The notes beneath the pieces were generated by a model. That model made no database searches. It had not been told where the DNA came from and was given only the letters and a program-made list of their open reading frames with translations. Below, piece by piece: positions 47,901 through 55,307 of a stretch of DNA of 64,000 bases. The stretch comes from Methanobacteriota archaeon (GTDB lineage: Archaea; Thermoplasmatota; Thermoplasmata; Thermoplasmatales; Aciduliprofundaceae). Where the stretch lies: NCBI GenBank assembly GCA_013154005.1, contig JAADDK010000002.1, positions 1,729 to 65,728 on the forward strand. Reading direction: 5' to 3'. The position numbers were made by a program, and so were the translations under genes. Position 1 is the stretch's first letter. Each line of letters begins with the position of its first letter.

Positions 47901-48840
47901 CCAGCCCGTACATTTCCATTACTTTCTTATACAGTTCAAAATCCTTGGACATTGCAAATTCTTCGATTATCTCGTCGGGGAGTTTTCCTAATAGTGTATC
48001 CAGAACTTTCAAAACTTCGCGCACCAGTTTGTCTTTTTCGCTGCTCTCTCTCTTTTTTATCACTTCTTCGCGAATCTTGTACAGTTTTTCCTGAATCTCT
48101 CTCTGCGCGGCCATCCACTCTTCCTTGGTTATCTCGGTGCCTTCCAGTTTCTTCGCGGACGATTCTATGCTTGCCAGCTCTTTCTCTATCAAACGCTCGC
48201 GCTCTCTGAGCTTGTGCTCTCTTTCCAGCAACTCTTTTTCTTTTTCTAAAAGCATCTTTGCCTGCAGTTTCCTGCGCTCCACATCTTTCTGAAACTCTTC
48301 TATGCGCCCTTTCAGTGCTGTTTCTTTCTTGGTGATAAACTCGTTGTACGCGTCCAATAGCTCGGAGAACTGTACCTGCATATCGCGTATTTTGTCCAGT
48401 GCCTCTTCTCTCTGTTTCTCCAGATCCTGCAGGGTATCTAAATCGCTCAGAATCTCGTCTTTTTTCTCTTTTTTCATTCTTTTTATCAGTTCATTTATGT
48501 TATCGTTCAGATTCTGATACCTTGAAACGTAATACTTTAAAATTAAAAGCCCGCGAGACACGCGCTCTGGAAATCCTGAGTTTTCCAGCTCGGTTATGAT
48601 GTTTCCGAGGTACTGCGGGTCCAGAATGGAAGAACCCGATAACATACGGAAAATCTTAACTGCTTTCTGGGTGTCATCTTCGTTTTCTTTTTGTATAACC
48701 ACCTTAAAATTCTCCGATTCTTCCACGGTATCTTTCAACGGACTGCCACACTGCTCACAATCTTCAGCTTCTGCGGGTACCACCGCCCCGCAGGAGGAAC
48801 AAATATACTCGCCAGATGCTAAACGAATCTTAACTGCCAT
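47878..48840 (-). CDS. Zinc-ribbon plus coiled-coil protein, function unknown
   Basis: N-terminal zinc ribbon is CSSCGAVVPAEAEDCEQCG, followed by a central coiled coil. The C-terminal helix is LLGKLPDEIIEEFAMSKDFELYKKVMEMYGL, followed by the GGGSGSS tail. Confidence 0.65.
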   Translation of the reverse strand: MAVKIRLASGEYICSSCGAVVPAEAEDCEQCGSPLKDTVEESENFKVVIQKENEDDTQKAVKIFRMLSGSSILDPQYLGNIITELENSGFPERVSRGLLILKYYVSRYQNLNDNINELIKRMKKEKKDEILSDLDTLQDLEKQREEALDKIRDMQVQFSELLDAYNEFITKKETALKGRIEEFQKDVERRKLQAKMLLEKEKELLEREHKLRERERLIEKELASIESSAKKLEGTEITKEEWMAAQREIQEKLYKIREEVIKKRESSEKDKLVREVLKVLDTLLGKLPDEIIEEFAMSKDFELYKKVMEMYGLGGGSGSS

Positions 48841-48868
48841 AACGACACTCTAATGTTTTCCTATGTAT

Positions 48869-49999
48869 TTAAAATTTTTTCTGTCTTGCTGCAATGTGCG
48901 TGTATTTAAGCAGTCCCGGCTTGCGGCGGAATATACGCCATGCAACCCGTGAGGGGTAATCGATATCGCCGAATTTATTTATTATTCTTATCACGTCATC
49001 GTTATTGAGGTCATGAATGAGCGCGTTGAAATCTGCGTCGGTCATTCGGGTGTAGAGTCCGTGCAGGTAAGTTGCTATTTTCAGCTCTTTGCCCACACTT
49101 TTTCTCCAGCACTGCTCGTAGGCTCTCAAAGACGCTCCTTCACTTAAAAAGCGATGCACGCTCTGCACCGCGCACTCTGCACTGCGCAGACCCGGATAAA
49201 CGCCGCCACCGCTGGTCGCTTTAACCTGCCCCGCGGCATCGCCAACTATTATGCGGCTGGAATCCCATGTGCGCTCCACCTGTGTGATTGGTATTGCGCC
49301 GCCGTGTATGGAGAGTGGTTGCAAATTCAGACGTTTGAGCAGGTTGGTGAGGTGCTCCCATGCCCGCGTTCTGGCGCCCAGACCCACCTTCACCAGCGTG
49401 TCAGATATGGGAATAAGCCATGCAAAAAACCCCGGTGCAATGGAGTCGCCAACCCAGATTTTCACACGCTCTATTTCTTCGCTTTCGTATTCTGCTATAA
49501 CCTGCACGGCGCCCATGAGCTTTGGGCCGGGGATACCCATACTTTTTCTCACGAGACTGTTCACGCCGTCCGCACCGATTATCACGCGGGCGCGATACTC
49601 ACCCAGTGTCGTGGTTATCTCGTTTTTGTGAATTTTTCGAGTGCGTTCTTTAACGTGTATTTCTGCACCTTCACGCACGGCGGTGCGGGCCATGGCACGG
49701 TCGAATTCCACGCGGTCCACCACGTAGCCACGAACGGTGGAGTCGCCAATGCTGAGTTTTTCGCCGGAGGGTGCTATTATATCCGCCCTTTTTACAGGGT
49801 GCGCTATGCCTTTGTTGCCCACAATCTCGAAGATGTGGGTGGAGAATAGCCCGGAGCAGTGCGAGGGATTACCTATATCCGGGTGCTCTTCAAATACTAT
49901 CACATCGTATCCGCGCTTTGCCAGCTCGCCTGCGGCGAACAGCCCGATGGGGCCCGCGCCAATAACCGCTATATCATGCACAGTATCCCCATGGCTCAT
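48869..49999 (-). CDS. Geranylgeranyl reductase-family flavoprotein (digeranylgeranylglycerophospholipid reductase-like)
   Basis: The FAD fold is DIAVIGAGPIGLFAAGELAKRGYDVIVFEE, with RVIIGADGVNS and IIVGDAAGQVKATSGGG also present. Confidence 0.8.
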   Translation of the reverse strand: MSHGDTVHDIAVIGAGPIGLFAAGELAKRGYDVIVFEEHPDIGNPSHCSGLFSTHIFEIVGNKGIAHPVKRADIIAPSGEKLSIGDSTVRGYVVDRVEFDRAMARTAVREGAEIHVKERTRKIHKNEITTTLGEYRARVIIGADGVNSLVRKSMGIPGPKLMGAVQVIAEYESEEIERVKIWVGDSIAPGFFAWLIPISDTLVKVGLGARTRAWEHLTNLLKRLNLQPLSIHGGAIPITQVERTWDSSRIIVGDAAGQVKATSGGGVYPGLRSAECAVQSVHRFLSEGASLRAYEQCWRKSVGKELKIATYLHGLYTRMTDADFNALIHDLNNDDVIRIINKFGDIDYPSRVAWRIFRRKPGLLKYTHIAARQKKF

Positions 50000-50022
50000 A
50001 TAATTAAAAAACTTTCACAGAA

Positions 50023-50493
50023 TTAAGTGGGGAAAAAGTAAAACAGTGCCATAATTATGGCTGTGCCCGCGGTGCCTATTGCGCCTATGTATATGCTGCC
50101 CTCACCGTACATGTTGTCACCTTTTTTCTTTGAGATTATGCCAAGAATTATCGCGGCGATGCCTGCTATAAGTGAGATGTAGCCAGCGTGGCCCATGGTG
50201 AATACGGACACCAGCGAGATGAAAAATGAGAAGTTTCCAGTAAGTGTGGTGACTTTTTTCAGCCCGTATTTCTTCTTCTCGTCTTTGTATCCAAGATATC
50301 CGGTAAGAGCAATCATACCGCCTATGAATATGATCATTATGCCGTAAATGTCCATTGCTAAAACTGCAGAGGGATATATTTTCTCAAAGACGTACTGTCC
50401 GAGCCAGAGCATGAATCCGATGAGCATGGTCCAGAGCCCGAAGCGGTACATTCTCGCGTATGTTCCAATCTCCTCCCCGAAATACTCGGCCAT
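50023..50493 (-). CDS. Small integral membrane protein, function unknown
   Basis: It has four to five hydrophobic helices. The start is uncertain (MAEYFGEE at 50493, or upstream at 50526/50559). Confidence 0.45.
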   Translation of the reverse strand: MAEYFGEEIGTYARMYRFGLWTMLIGFMLWLGQYVFEKIYPSAVLAMDIYGIMIIFIGGMIALTGYLGYKDEKKKYGLKKVTTLTGNFSFFISLVSVFTMGHAGYISLIAGIAAIILGIISKKKGDNMYGEGSIYIGAIGTAGTAIIMALFYFFPT

Positions 50494-50598
50494 GTGCACA
50501 CCAATTAAGCAATGCGGGCATAACATATAAACTTTTTTAAAAAATAATGGCGGAGACAAAGAAATTTTTAAATATCTGCGTCTATATCGGGGTTACAG

Positions 50599-50714
50599 AG
50601 CGGGGTGGGGTAGCCAGGAAATCCCGCCGGGCTCATATCCGCAGCCTGCGAGGACTACACCTCGCCTGTGAGGGGGAGACCCGGAGATCGGTGGTTCAAA
50701 TCCACCCCCCGCTA
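50599..50714 (+). tRNA. Initiator-type tRNA-Met (CAU) with a 41-nt intron at the canonical 37/38 position
   Basis: Exons are AGCGGGGTGGGGTAGCCAGGAAATCCCGCCGGGCTCATA and ACCCGGAGATCGGTGGTTCAAATCCACCCCCCGCTA. It has the A1:U72 pair and three G:C pairs closing the anticodon stem, both archaeal initiator hallmarks. TATA TTTTTAAATAT is centred about 29 nt upstream. Confidence 0.85.
50638..50678 (+). other. tRNA intron
   Basis: TCCGCAGCCTGCGAGGACTACACCTCGCCTGTGAGGGGGAG interrupts the anticodon loop after A37 and contains an internal hairpin CGAGG-ACTACA-CCTCG. Confidence 0.7.
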
Positions 50715-50926
50715 CTTTTCATCAACATTCAAGCAGCGTTGGGTTCTATCAAAAATGCCCTGCATTTTCTCTATCCACCCCCCGCTACTCCTTTTGTCGT
50801 AGCGTTGGGTACACTCTAAAATATGCGATATTTTCTCGTTCCACCCCCCGCTACTTTTCATCAACATTCAAGCAGCGTGGGGTTCTATCAAAAATGCCCT
50901 GCATTTTCTCTATCCACCCCCCCGGG
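50701..50926 (+). repeat. Tandem array of 66-73-bp units, each beginning with the 14-nt 3' terminus of the adjacent tRNA-Met
   Basis: TCCACCCCCCGCTA occurs at 50701 (within the tRNA), 50774 and 50840. A variant TCCACCCCCCC occurs at 50913. The 59-nt spacers after 50701 and 50840 differ at one position. Confidence 0.9.
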
Positions 50927-50971
50927 CCTCTGGAATGAAAGAATAATATACTCCCACTCTTTTATCGCGGT

Positions 50972-51925
50972 GTGTTTGACAATATACCCACGGTGCTCAA
51001 GTCGGAGGAAATCGTAGATAAGATGTTTCGTCGTGCCAAGAAGGTGGAGGTATCATACTCACGCAATCGTCTTGCCATGGAGAAGAATCTCAGCATTGCA
51101 AAAATTTATACGGCGAGAGATGTGGCTGTGAGCACACTTAGAAAGTATGTGAACACTTTTCCGTACATTAACAAGCTGCACCCCTTTTATCGCTCACTTC
51201 TCGATTTGCTCATTGATAAAAACATGTACAAAAAAAGCCTGTCTTCCGTGAACTGGGCTGCTGGACGCATAGAATCCCTTGCGGCAAAATACGCATCTAA
51301 AATTAAAGGTGTGGGGCGGGTGGAAGAGGCGCTGAAATTTAGAAAACAGTTTTACGGCCGTGCGGCTTCGATACTCAAAGATATACACAGAGAGCTGGAG
51401 TATCTGAACCATGCGCGTGATGTGATGCGCAAGCTCCCCGATGTGGACGTCTCTTTGCCCACTGTGGTGATTGCCGGGTATCCAAATGTTGGTAAATCGG
51501 AGCTGGTGAGCAGAATCAGCACCGCCAGGCCGGAGATAGCAAGCTATCCTTTTACTACCAAGGGTATAATAATGGGGCATCTGGAACGGGGTGGAAAAAT
51601 CGTGCAGATTATAGACACTCCCGGACTCTTGGACCGGCCCCTTGAGGAGCGAAATAAGATTGAGAGGCAGGGTATTCTGGCGCTGCGTTATCTGGCTACT
51701 GGCATAGTGTTCGTGCTGGACCCTTCGGAAACATGCGGCTACTCACTGGAAGATCAGGAAAAGCTGCTGGCAGAGGTGCGCAGGGATTTTCAGGTTCCCA
51801 TCATTGAAGTGGAAAACAAGGCGGATTTGCTCAGAACGGATAGCAAGCGTTTGAAAATATCTGCCAAGACCGGGGAGGGTGTGGAAGAGCTGGTTGATGC
51901 GATTTTTGAGATGGTGCGCGTGTGA
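50972..51925 (+). CDS. NOG1-family GTP-binding protein
   Basis: Has a NOG1-type N-terminal helical domain. G motifs are GYPNVGKSELV, TTKGI, DTPGLLDRP and ENKADL. The GTG start lies about 25 nt downstream of a TATA-like AATAATATAC. Confidence 0.8.
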   Translation: MFDNIPTVLKSEEIVDKMFRRAKKVEVSYSRNRLAMEKNLSIAKIYTARDVAVSTLRKYVNTFPYINKLHPFYRSLLDLLIDKNMYKKSLSSVNWAAGRIESLAAKYASKIKGVGRVEEALKFRKQFYGRAASILKDIHRELEYLNHARDVMRKLPDVDVSLPTVVIAGYPNVGKSELVSRISTARPEIASYPFTTKGIIMGHLERGGKIVQIIDTPGLLDRPLEERNKIERQGILALRYLATGIVFVLDPSETCGYSLEDQEKLLAEVRRDFQVPIIEVENKADLLRTDSKRLKISAKTGEGVEELVDAIFEMVRV

Positions 51926-52019
51926 GAATTGAGCATCAGAGGATTATTTTTCGTGAATTCGCGCATATGATAAAAATTCCGAATTGTAGCGAAAATTATT
52001 TGCGCAAAACCTGAAAGGA

Positions 52020-52228
52020 TGCAGGCGCCGGGATTCTACAACCACGTTCGTGGTTGCGCTCTCATCGCAGATGCTCACTCCAACCACGTTCGTGGTTGAG
52101 TTCACAGCAAGATGCTCGCTACTACCACATTCGTGGTTGAGCTCAAAACACTGCGTGTTTTTCGTGAATCCGGGCTAAGGTATTGAAAATGTGTTGGTGC
52201 CTTTCAAAAAACATTCAGGAAGTGGGAG
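52020..52228 (-). repeat. tRNA-Gly 3'-end duplicate plus a partial T-arm copy, enclosing three 41-43-bp tandem units each carrying the palindrome AACCACGTTCGTGGTT
   Basis: TGCAGGCGCCGGGATT at 52020-52035 is identical to 52229-52244 (the tRNA 3' end). GAATCCGGGCTAAGG at 52168-52182 matches the tRNA's GAACCCGGGCTAAGG. Palindromes lie at about 52040-52056, 52082-52098 and 52124-52139. Confidence 0.85.
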
Positions 52229-52301
52229 TGCAGGCGCCGGGATTTGAACCCGGGCTAAGGGCTTGGAAGGCCCTTGTGCTGCCAGACTACACTACGCCTG
52301 C
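52229..52301 (-). tRNA. tRNA-Gly (anticodon UCC)
   Basis: The reverse complement is GCAGGCGTAGTGTAGTCTGGCAGCACAAGGGCCTTCCAAGCCCTTAGCCCGGGTTCAAATCCCGGCGCCTGCA. The cloverleaf has the anticodon loop CTTCCAA. TATA TTTATATA is centred about 29 nt upstream, and an oligo-T follows the 3' end. Confidence 0.9.
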
Positions 52302-52341
52302 TCGAATAAGTGTATAAGCACGGGGTATATAAATTTGATGC

Positions 52342-52938
52342 TCAGGCGTTGAGCTTTCCAATAAGTGCAAAAAAATATGCAATCATAATGGTGCCTGCAG
52401 CTACAAATTCTGCGATGGCCACTCCGGGGAAATGCGCAAGTGCTGCCACTGCCAAGGATGCACCCACCATTGACGGGATGATAATTCCGTATGCCACCCT
52501 TGCACTGCTTTCCTTTTCCCACAGGTACCCTGAGCCGACTATCATCATGGAGATTATGCCTGAGTAGAAGAATGCATGGCTCACAAAGCCGTGGGGCAGG
52601 GTACCCTCAGGAAACACGCCGATTAACAGCAGAAAAATCAGTGCAAACATAAACGCGTAAACTCCGAATCTGGTTATGGATCCTTTTACCGTTTTGCTGA
52701 GAAAATACGTTGCAAGCATTGTAAGTAGCGCTCCAATAATGATGGGCACGTTGAGAACGTAGTTGTACGGTAAGCCCACGTGCCCCAGGTCGCTGATGGC
52801 ATGGTCTGTTAGATTCCACCAGCTACGGTTTATGTATGCTGCTGTGGCAATGCCTGCAAAAATTATCGAGGGTCCTGCAAATCCAAGAAGGAGTTTTCTA
52901 TTCACAGCCGGTGTAATGCATTTATATTTTATAAACAA
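52342..52938 (-). CDS. DUF998-like integral membrane protein
   Basis: It has about six TM helices and the HAISDLGHVG motif. The start is uncertain (TTG 52938, or GTG about 52905). Confidence 0.5.
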   Translation of the reverse strand: MFIKYKCITPAVNRKLLLGFAGPSIIFAGIATAAYINRSWWNLTDHAISDLGHVGLPYNYVLNVPIIIGALLTMLATYFLSKTVKGSITRFGVYAFMFALIFLLLIGVFPEGTLPHGFVSHAFFYSGIISMMIVGSGYLWEKESSARVAYGIIIPSMVGASLAVAALAHFPGVAIAEFVAAGTIMIAYFFALIGKLNA

Positions 52939-52947
52939 TTACCCTTC

Positions 52948-53739
52948 ATGCTCACGGGAGCGGTTGTGGCACCGCACGGTGATGAGATTTTAACCCCGGA
53001 AAGCGAGGATATGAAAGCGCTGCATGATGCCATGGCATTTGCGGGCAGTGTTCTGGGTGACACGGATTTGTATATCCTCATATCTCCACATAACATCCGT
53101 ATAGATACGCACATCGGCGTTATTCTCACAGAAAATTTGAGCGGGAGCTGGGAATGGAGAGGTATAAAGATTGAAAAGCATCTGCGCTCCGAGCGTGGCG
53201 TGGCAGAGAGGATTTATAACACAGCACTGAAAGAACATGTGCCGGTTGTGGGCATAAATTTTGGGGCACTGGAAGGGCCGCTCTCTGAAATGATTCTTGA
53301 CTGGGGCTCGCTAATTCCATTGCATTTCTTTCCAGATAAATCCACGGTGCTTCTCACACCCGCAAGAGGCATCACCAGAGCGCAACTTGTGAAGTTTGGA
53401 GAAATACTTGCGGATATTGCGGAGACGGAGCAGAGAAAAATAGCGTTGATAGTGAGCGCTGACCAGGCCCACGCGCACAGCCCGCGCGGTCCGTACGGGT
53501 ACAGCCCCATGGCGAAAGAGTTCGACTCTCAGGTGCTTTCTGCACTGCGGGCAGGTGAGCTTTCTCCGCTTTTGGAGATGCCGCAGACCCTGATTGACGG
53601 GGCGCTACCTGATAGCTACTGGCAGCTTTTGATTCTTCACGGCGTTATGAAAAAGGTGCCTATGCAGGTCTTGCGGGTGGAATACGGAGTGGCCGAGTAT
53701 TTTGGCATGGCTGTGGCGGTAATGCAAAGAAATGAATGA
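52948..53739 (+). CDS. LigB-family (class III extradiol dioxygenase-like) protein
   Basis: Motifs seen: VVAPHGDEIL, ISPHN, DWGSLIPLHF and VSADQAHAH. TATA tttatattttataaac lies immediately upstream, so the transcript is near-leaderless. Confidence 0.6.
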   Translation: MLTGAVVAPHGDEILTPESEDMKALHDAMAFAGSVLGDTDLYILISPHNIRIDTHIGVILTENLSGSWEWRGIKIEKHLRSERGVAERIYNTALKEHVPVVGINFGALEGPLSEMILDWGSLIPLHFFPDKSTVLLTPARGITRAQLVKFGEILADIAETEQRKIALIVSADQAHAHSPRGPYGYSPMAKEFDSQVLSALRAGELSPLLEMPQTLIDGALPDSYWQLLILHGVMKKVPMQVLRVEYGVAEYFGMAVAVMQRNE

Positions 53740-53741
53740 AT

Positions 53742-54344
53742 CTATGGGACCTGTGTTGTGGCAAGATACTCGTCTGCCTGGTGACCGAGTATGCTCTTAA
53801 TCAGTTTTTCTCGTGCAGGCATGTACTCTTCGCGCAGTATGTCGAAAAAGTACCAGTTCCACGTACGTCCCATCACGTACGCGCCTTTTCTGTGCACCCC
53901 TCCACGGCGAAAGCCGCAAGTTTCCAGAACTTTATGAGCTCTTTTATTGTATTCTATGCTGTACGCCTCACATTTATCCAGATTCATAAAATAGAATGAA
54001 AGTTCAAGAAGCGCAAGCGTGATAACCTTTCCCAGTCCGCGATTCCAGTACGCTTTATCCAGGTATGTGCCTATGTTGCCCGTGCGCACGTTGCCCCAGC
54101 TCTCTATGCGTATGGTGGCAGTGCCCATTGCCTTACCACTTTCCCGATGCTCAATTAAGTACTGTCTTCGCCTATCGTTTTTTCTGTCTTCTGTGTATCT
54201 TTCTATAATGCTTTCCATGGGTATCATATTCTCCGGCTTGCCCCGAGAGTACAGCATAAGCGAAAAATCGTTTTCCCATTTATGAACCAACTCCATATCT
54301 TCTTTCTCCACCGGACGGAGCCGTATTGGACCTATTTCGAACAT
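53742..54344 (-). CDS. GNAT-family N-acetyltransferase (RimJ/RimL-like)
   Basis: Motifs seen: IRLRPVEKEDMELVHKWEND, YLDKAYWNRGLGKVITLALLELSF and KCEAYSIEYNKRAHKVLETCGFRRGG. Confidence 0.8.
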   Translation of the reverse strand: MFEIGPIRLRPVEKEDMELVHKWENDFSLMLYSRGKPENMIPMESIIERYTEDRKNDRRRQYLIEHRESGKAMGTATIRIESWGNVRTGNIGTYLDKAYWNRGLGKVITLALLELSFYFMNLDKCEAYSIEYNKRAHKVLETCGFRRGGVHRKGAYVMGRTWNWYFFDILREEYMPAREKLIKSILGHQADEYLATTQVP

Positions 54345-54388
54345 AAAACAATATCTCTCGCGAAGTACTTAACCCTTTGCAGAAAAAG

Positions 54389-54461
<73 letters not shown>

Positions 54462-54548
54462 TGCAAGCACCCATATAATCTTTCCAGATTTAAAATTTAC
54501 TGCGATGCCCACAAATATCTTTTTATATAAGTCAAACATTAAGAGAAT

Positions 54549-55307
54549 ATGGCAGACGAAAACTGGGAAGCGGACATTCAGAAATACATCGAAATGGGGC
54601 TATTTGAGCCCGGGCTGGAAATGATTGAAGAGGTTCTGAAAGAGAACCCGAATGACCGAAAAGCGCTGACTTACAAAGCGTACATTTATCGCAGTCTGGA
54701 CCGCGATGATGAGGCGCTCGAAATCGTTGACGCGCTCTTAAAAGAAGATATGGACGATGTGGACCTGCTTCTTCTCAAAGGCATGATTCTTTTTGATAAT
54801 GAAAAGTACAAAGATGCGGCTAAATATTTCAGGCGAGTGTGGGAGATGGAGCCCGAGAACACAGATGCTCTTTACAATCTGGCCTCGTGCTACGACGCGC
54901 TTGAGCAGCCGGAATCTGCGGCCAAGTATTACAAGAAAATCGTGGAGATTAATCCCGACGATGAAGAGGCATGGAACAATCTCGCTGTGAGCTATGTGTT
55001 TCAGGAGAAATATGAAGATGCTTTGAAAGCTGCTGAAAAGGCGCTTGCGCTTGATAAAGAATACGATAATGCGTGGTACAACAAGGGTCTTGCACTGTAT
55101 TATCTGGAAAGATACAAAGAGGCGCTGGACGCGTTCACGAAGAGCATAGAGCTGTCTGATGACCCTGATGCATGGTACGCGAAAGGCATCTGTTATGCGG
55201 CCATGGACATGAAAGAAGAGGCTAAGCGCGCGCTGAAAGAGGCACTCAAACGCAATCCCGATGATGAAGAGGTAAAGGAAGCATTAAAGGCGATAGAGAA
55301 TGAGTGA
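54549..55307 (+). CDS. TPR-repeat protein
   Basis: It has six to seven 34-aa TPR units (ALYNLASCYDALEQPESAAKYYKKIVEINPDDEEAWNNLAVSY...). TATA tttttatata is centred about 24 nt upstream of the ATG. Confidence 0.8.
   Translation: MADENWEADIQKYIEMGLFEPGLEMIEEVLKENPNDRKALTYKAYIYRSLDRDDEALEIVDALLKEDMDDVDLLLLKGMILFDNEKYKDAAKYFRRVWEMEPENTDALYNLASCYDALEQPESAAKYYKKIVEINPDDEEAWNNLAVSYVFQEKYEDALKAAEKALALDKEYDNAWYNKGLALYYLERYKEALDAFTKSIELSDDPDAWYAKGICYAAMDMKEEAKRALKEALKRNPDDEEVKEALKAIENE

Noticed and set aside
45400-47991. Several long plus-strand ORFs (up to 411 aa) that are extremely rich in Ser/Phe/Leu.
   Set aside because: They are mirror images of the GAA/AAG/GAG-rich codons of the minus-strand coiled-coil gene. 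Poly-Ser/Phe low complexity with no start context is an expected antisense artefact.
50701-50926. Possibility that the tRNA-adjacent repeat arrays (here, and at 52020-52228 and 57347-57486) are mini CRISPR arrays.
   Set aside because: The repeats are only 14-21 nt and identical to the neighbouring tRNA 3' end, and there are only 2-3 copies. Two 'spacers' are near-identical to each other. There are no cas genes or leader, and the repeats lack typical CRISPR length and structure.
52036-52160. Three spaced palindromes as origin-recognition boxes of a replication origin.
   Set aside because: There is no adjacent orc1/cdc6 gene and no obvious AT-rich unwinding element. The palindrome does not resemble the ORB/mini-ORB consensus known to me. 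The location inside a tRNA-fragment-bounded segment favours a recombination-related origin. This is not fully excluded.
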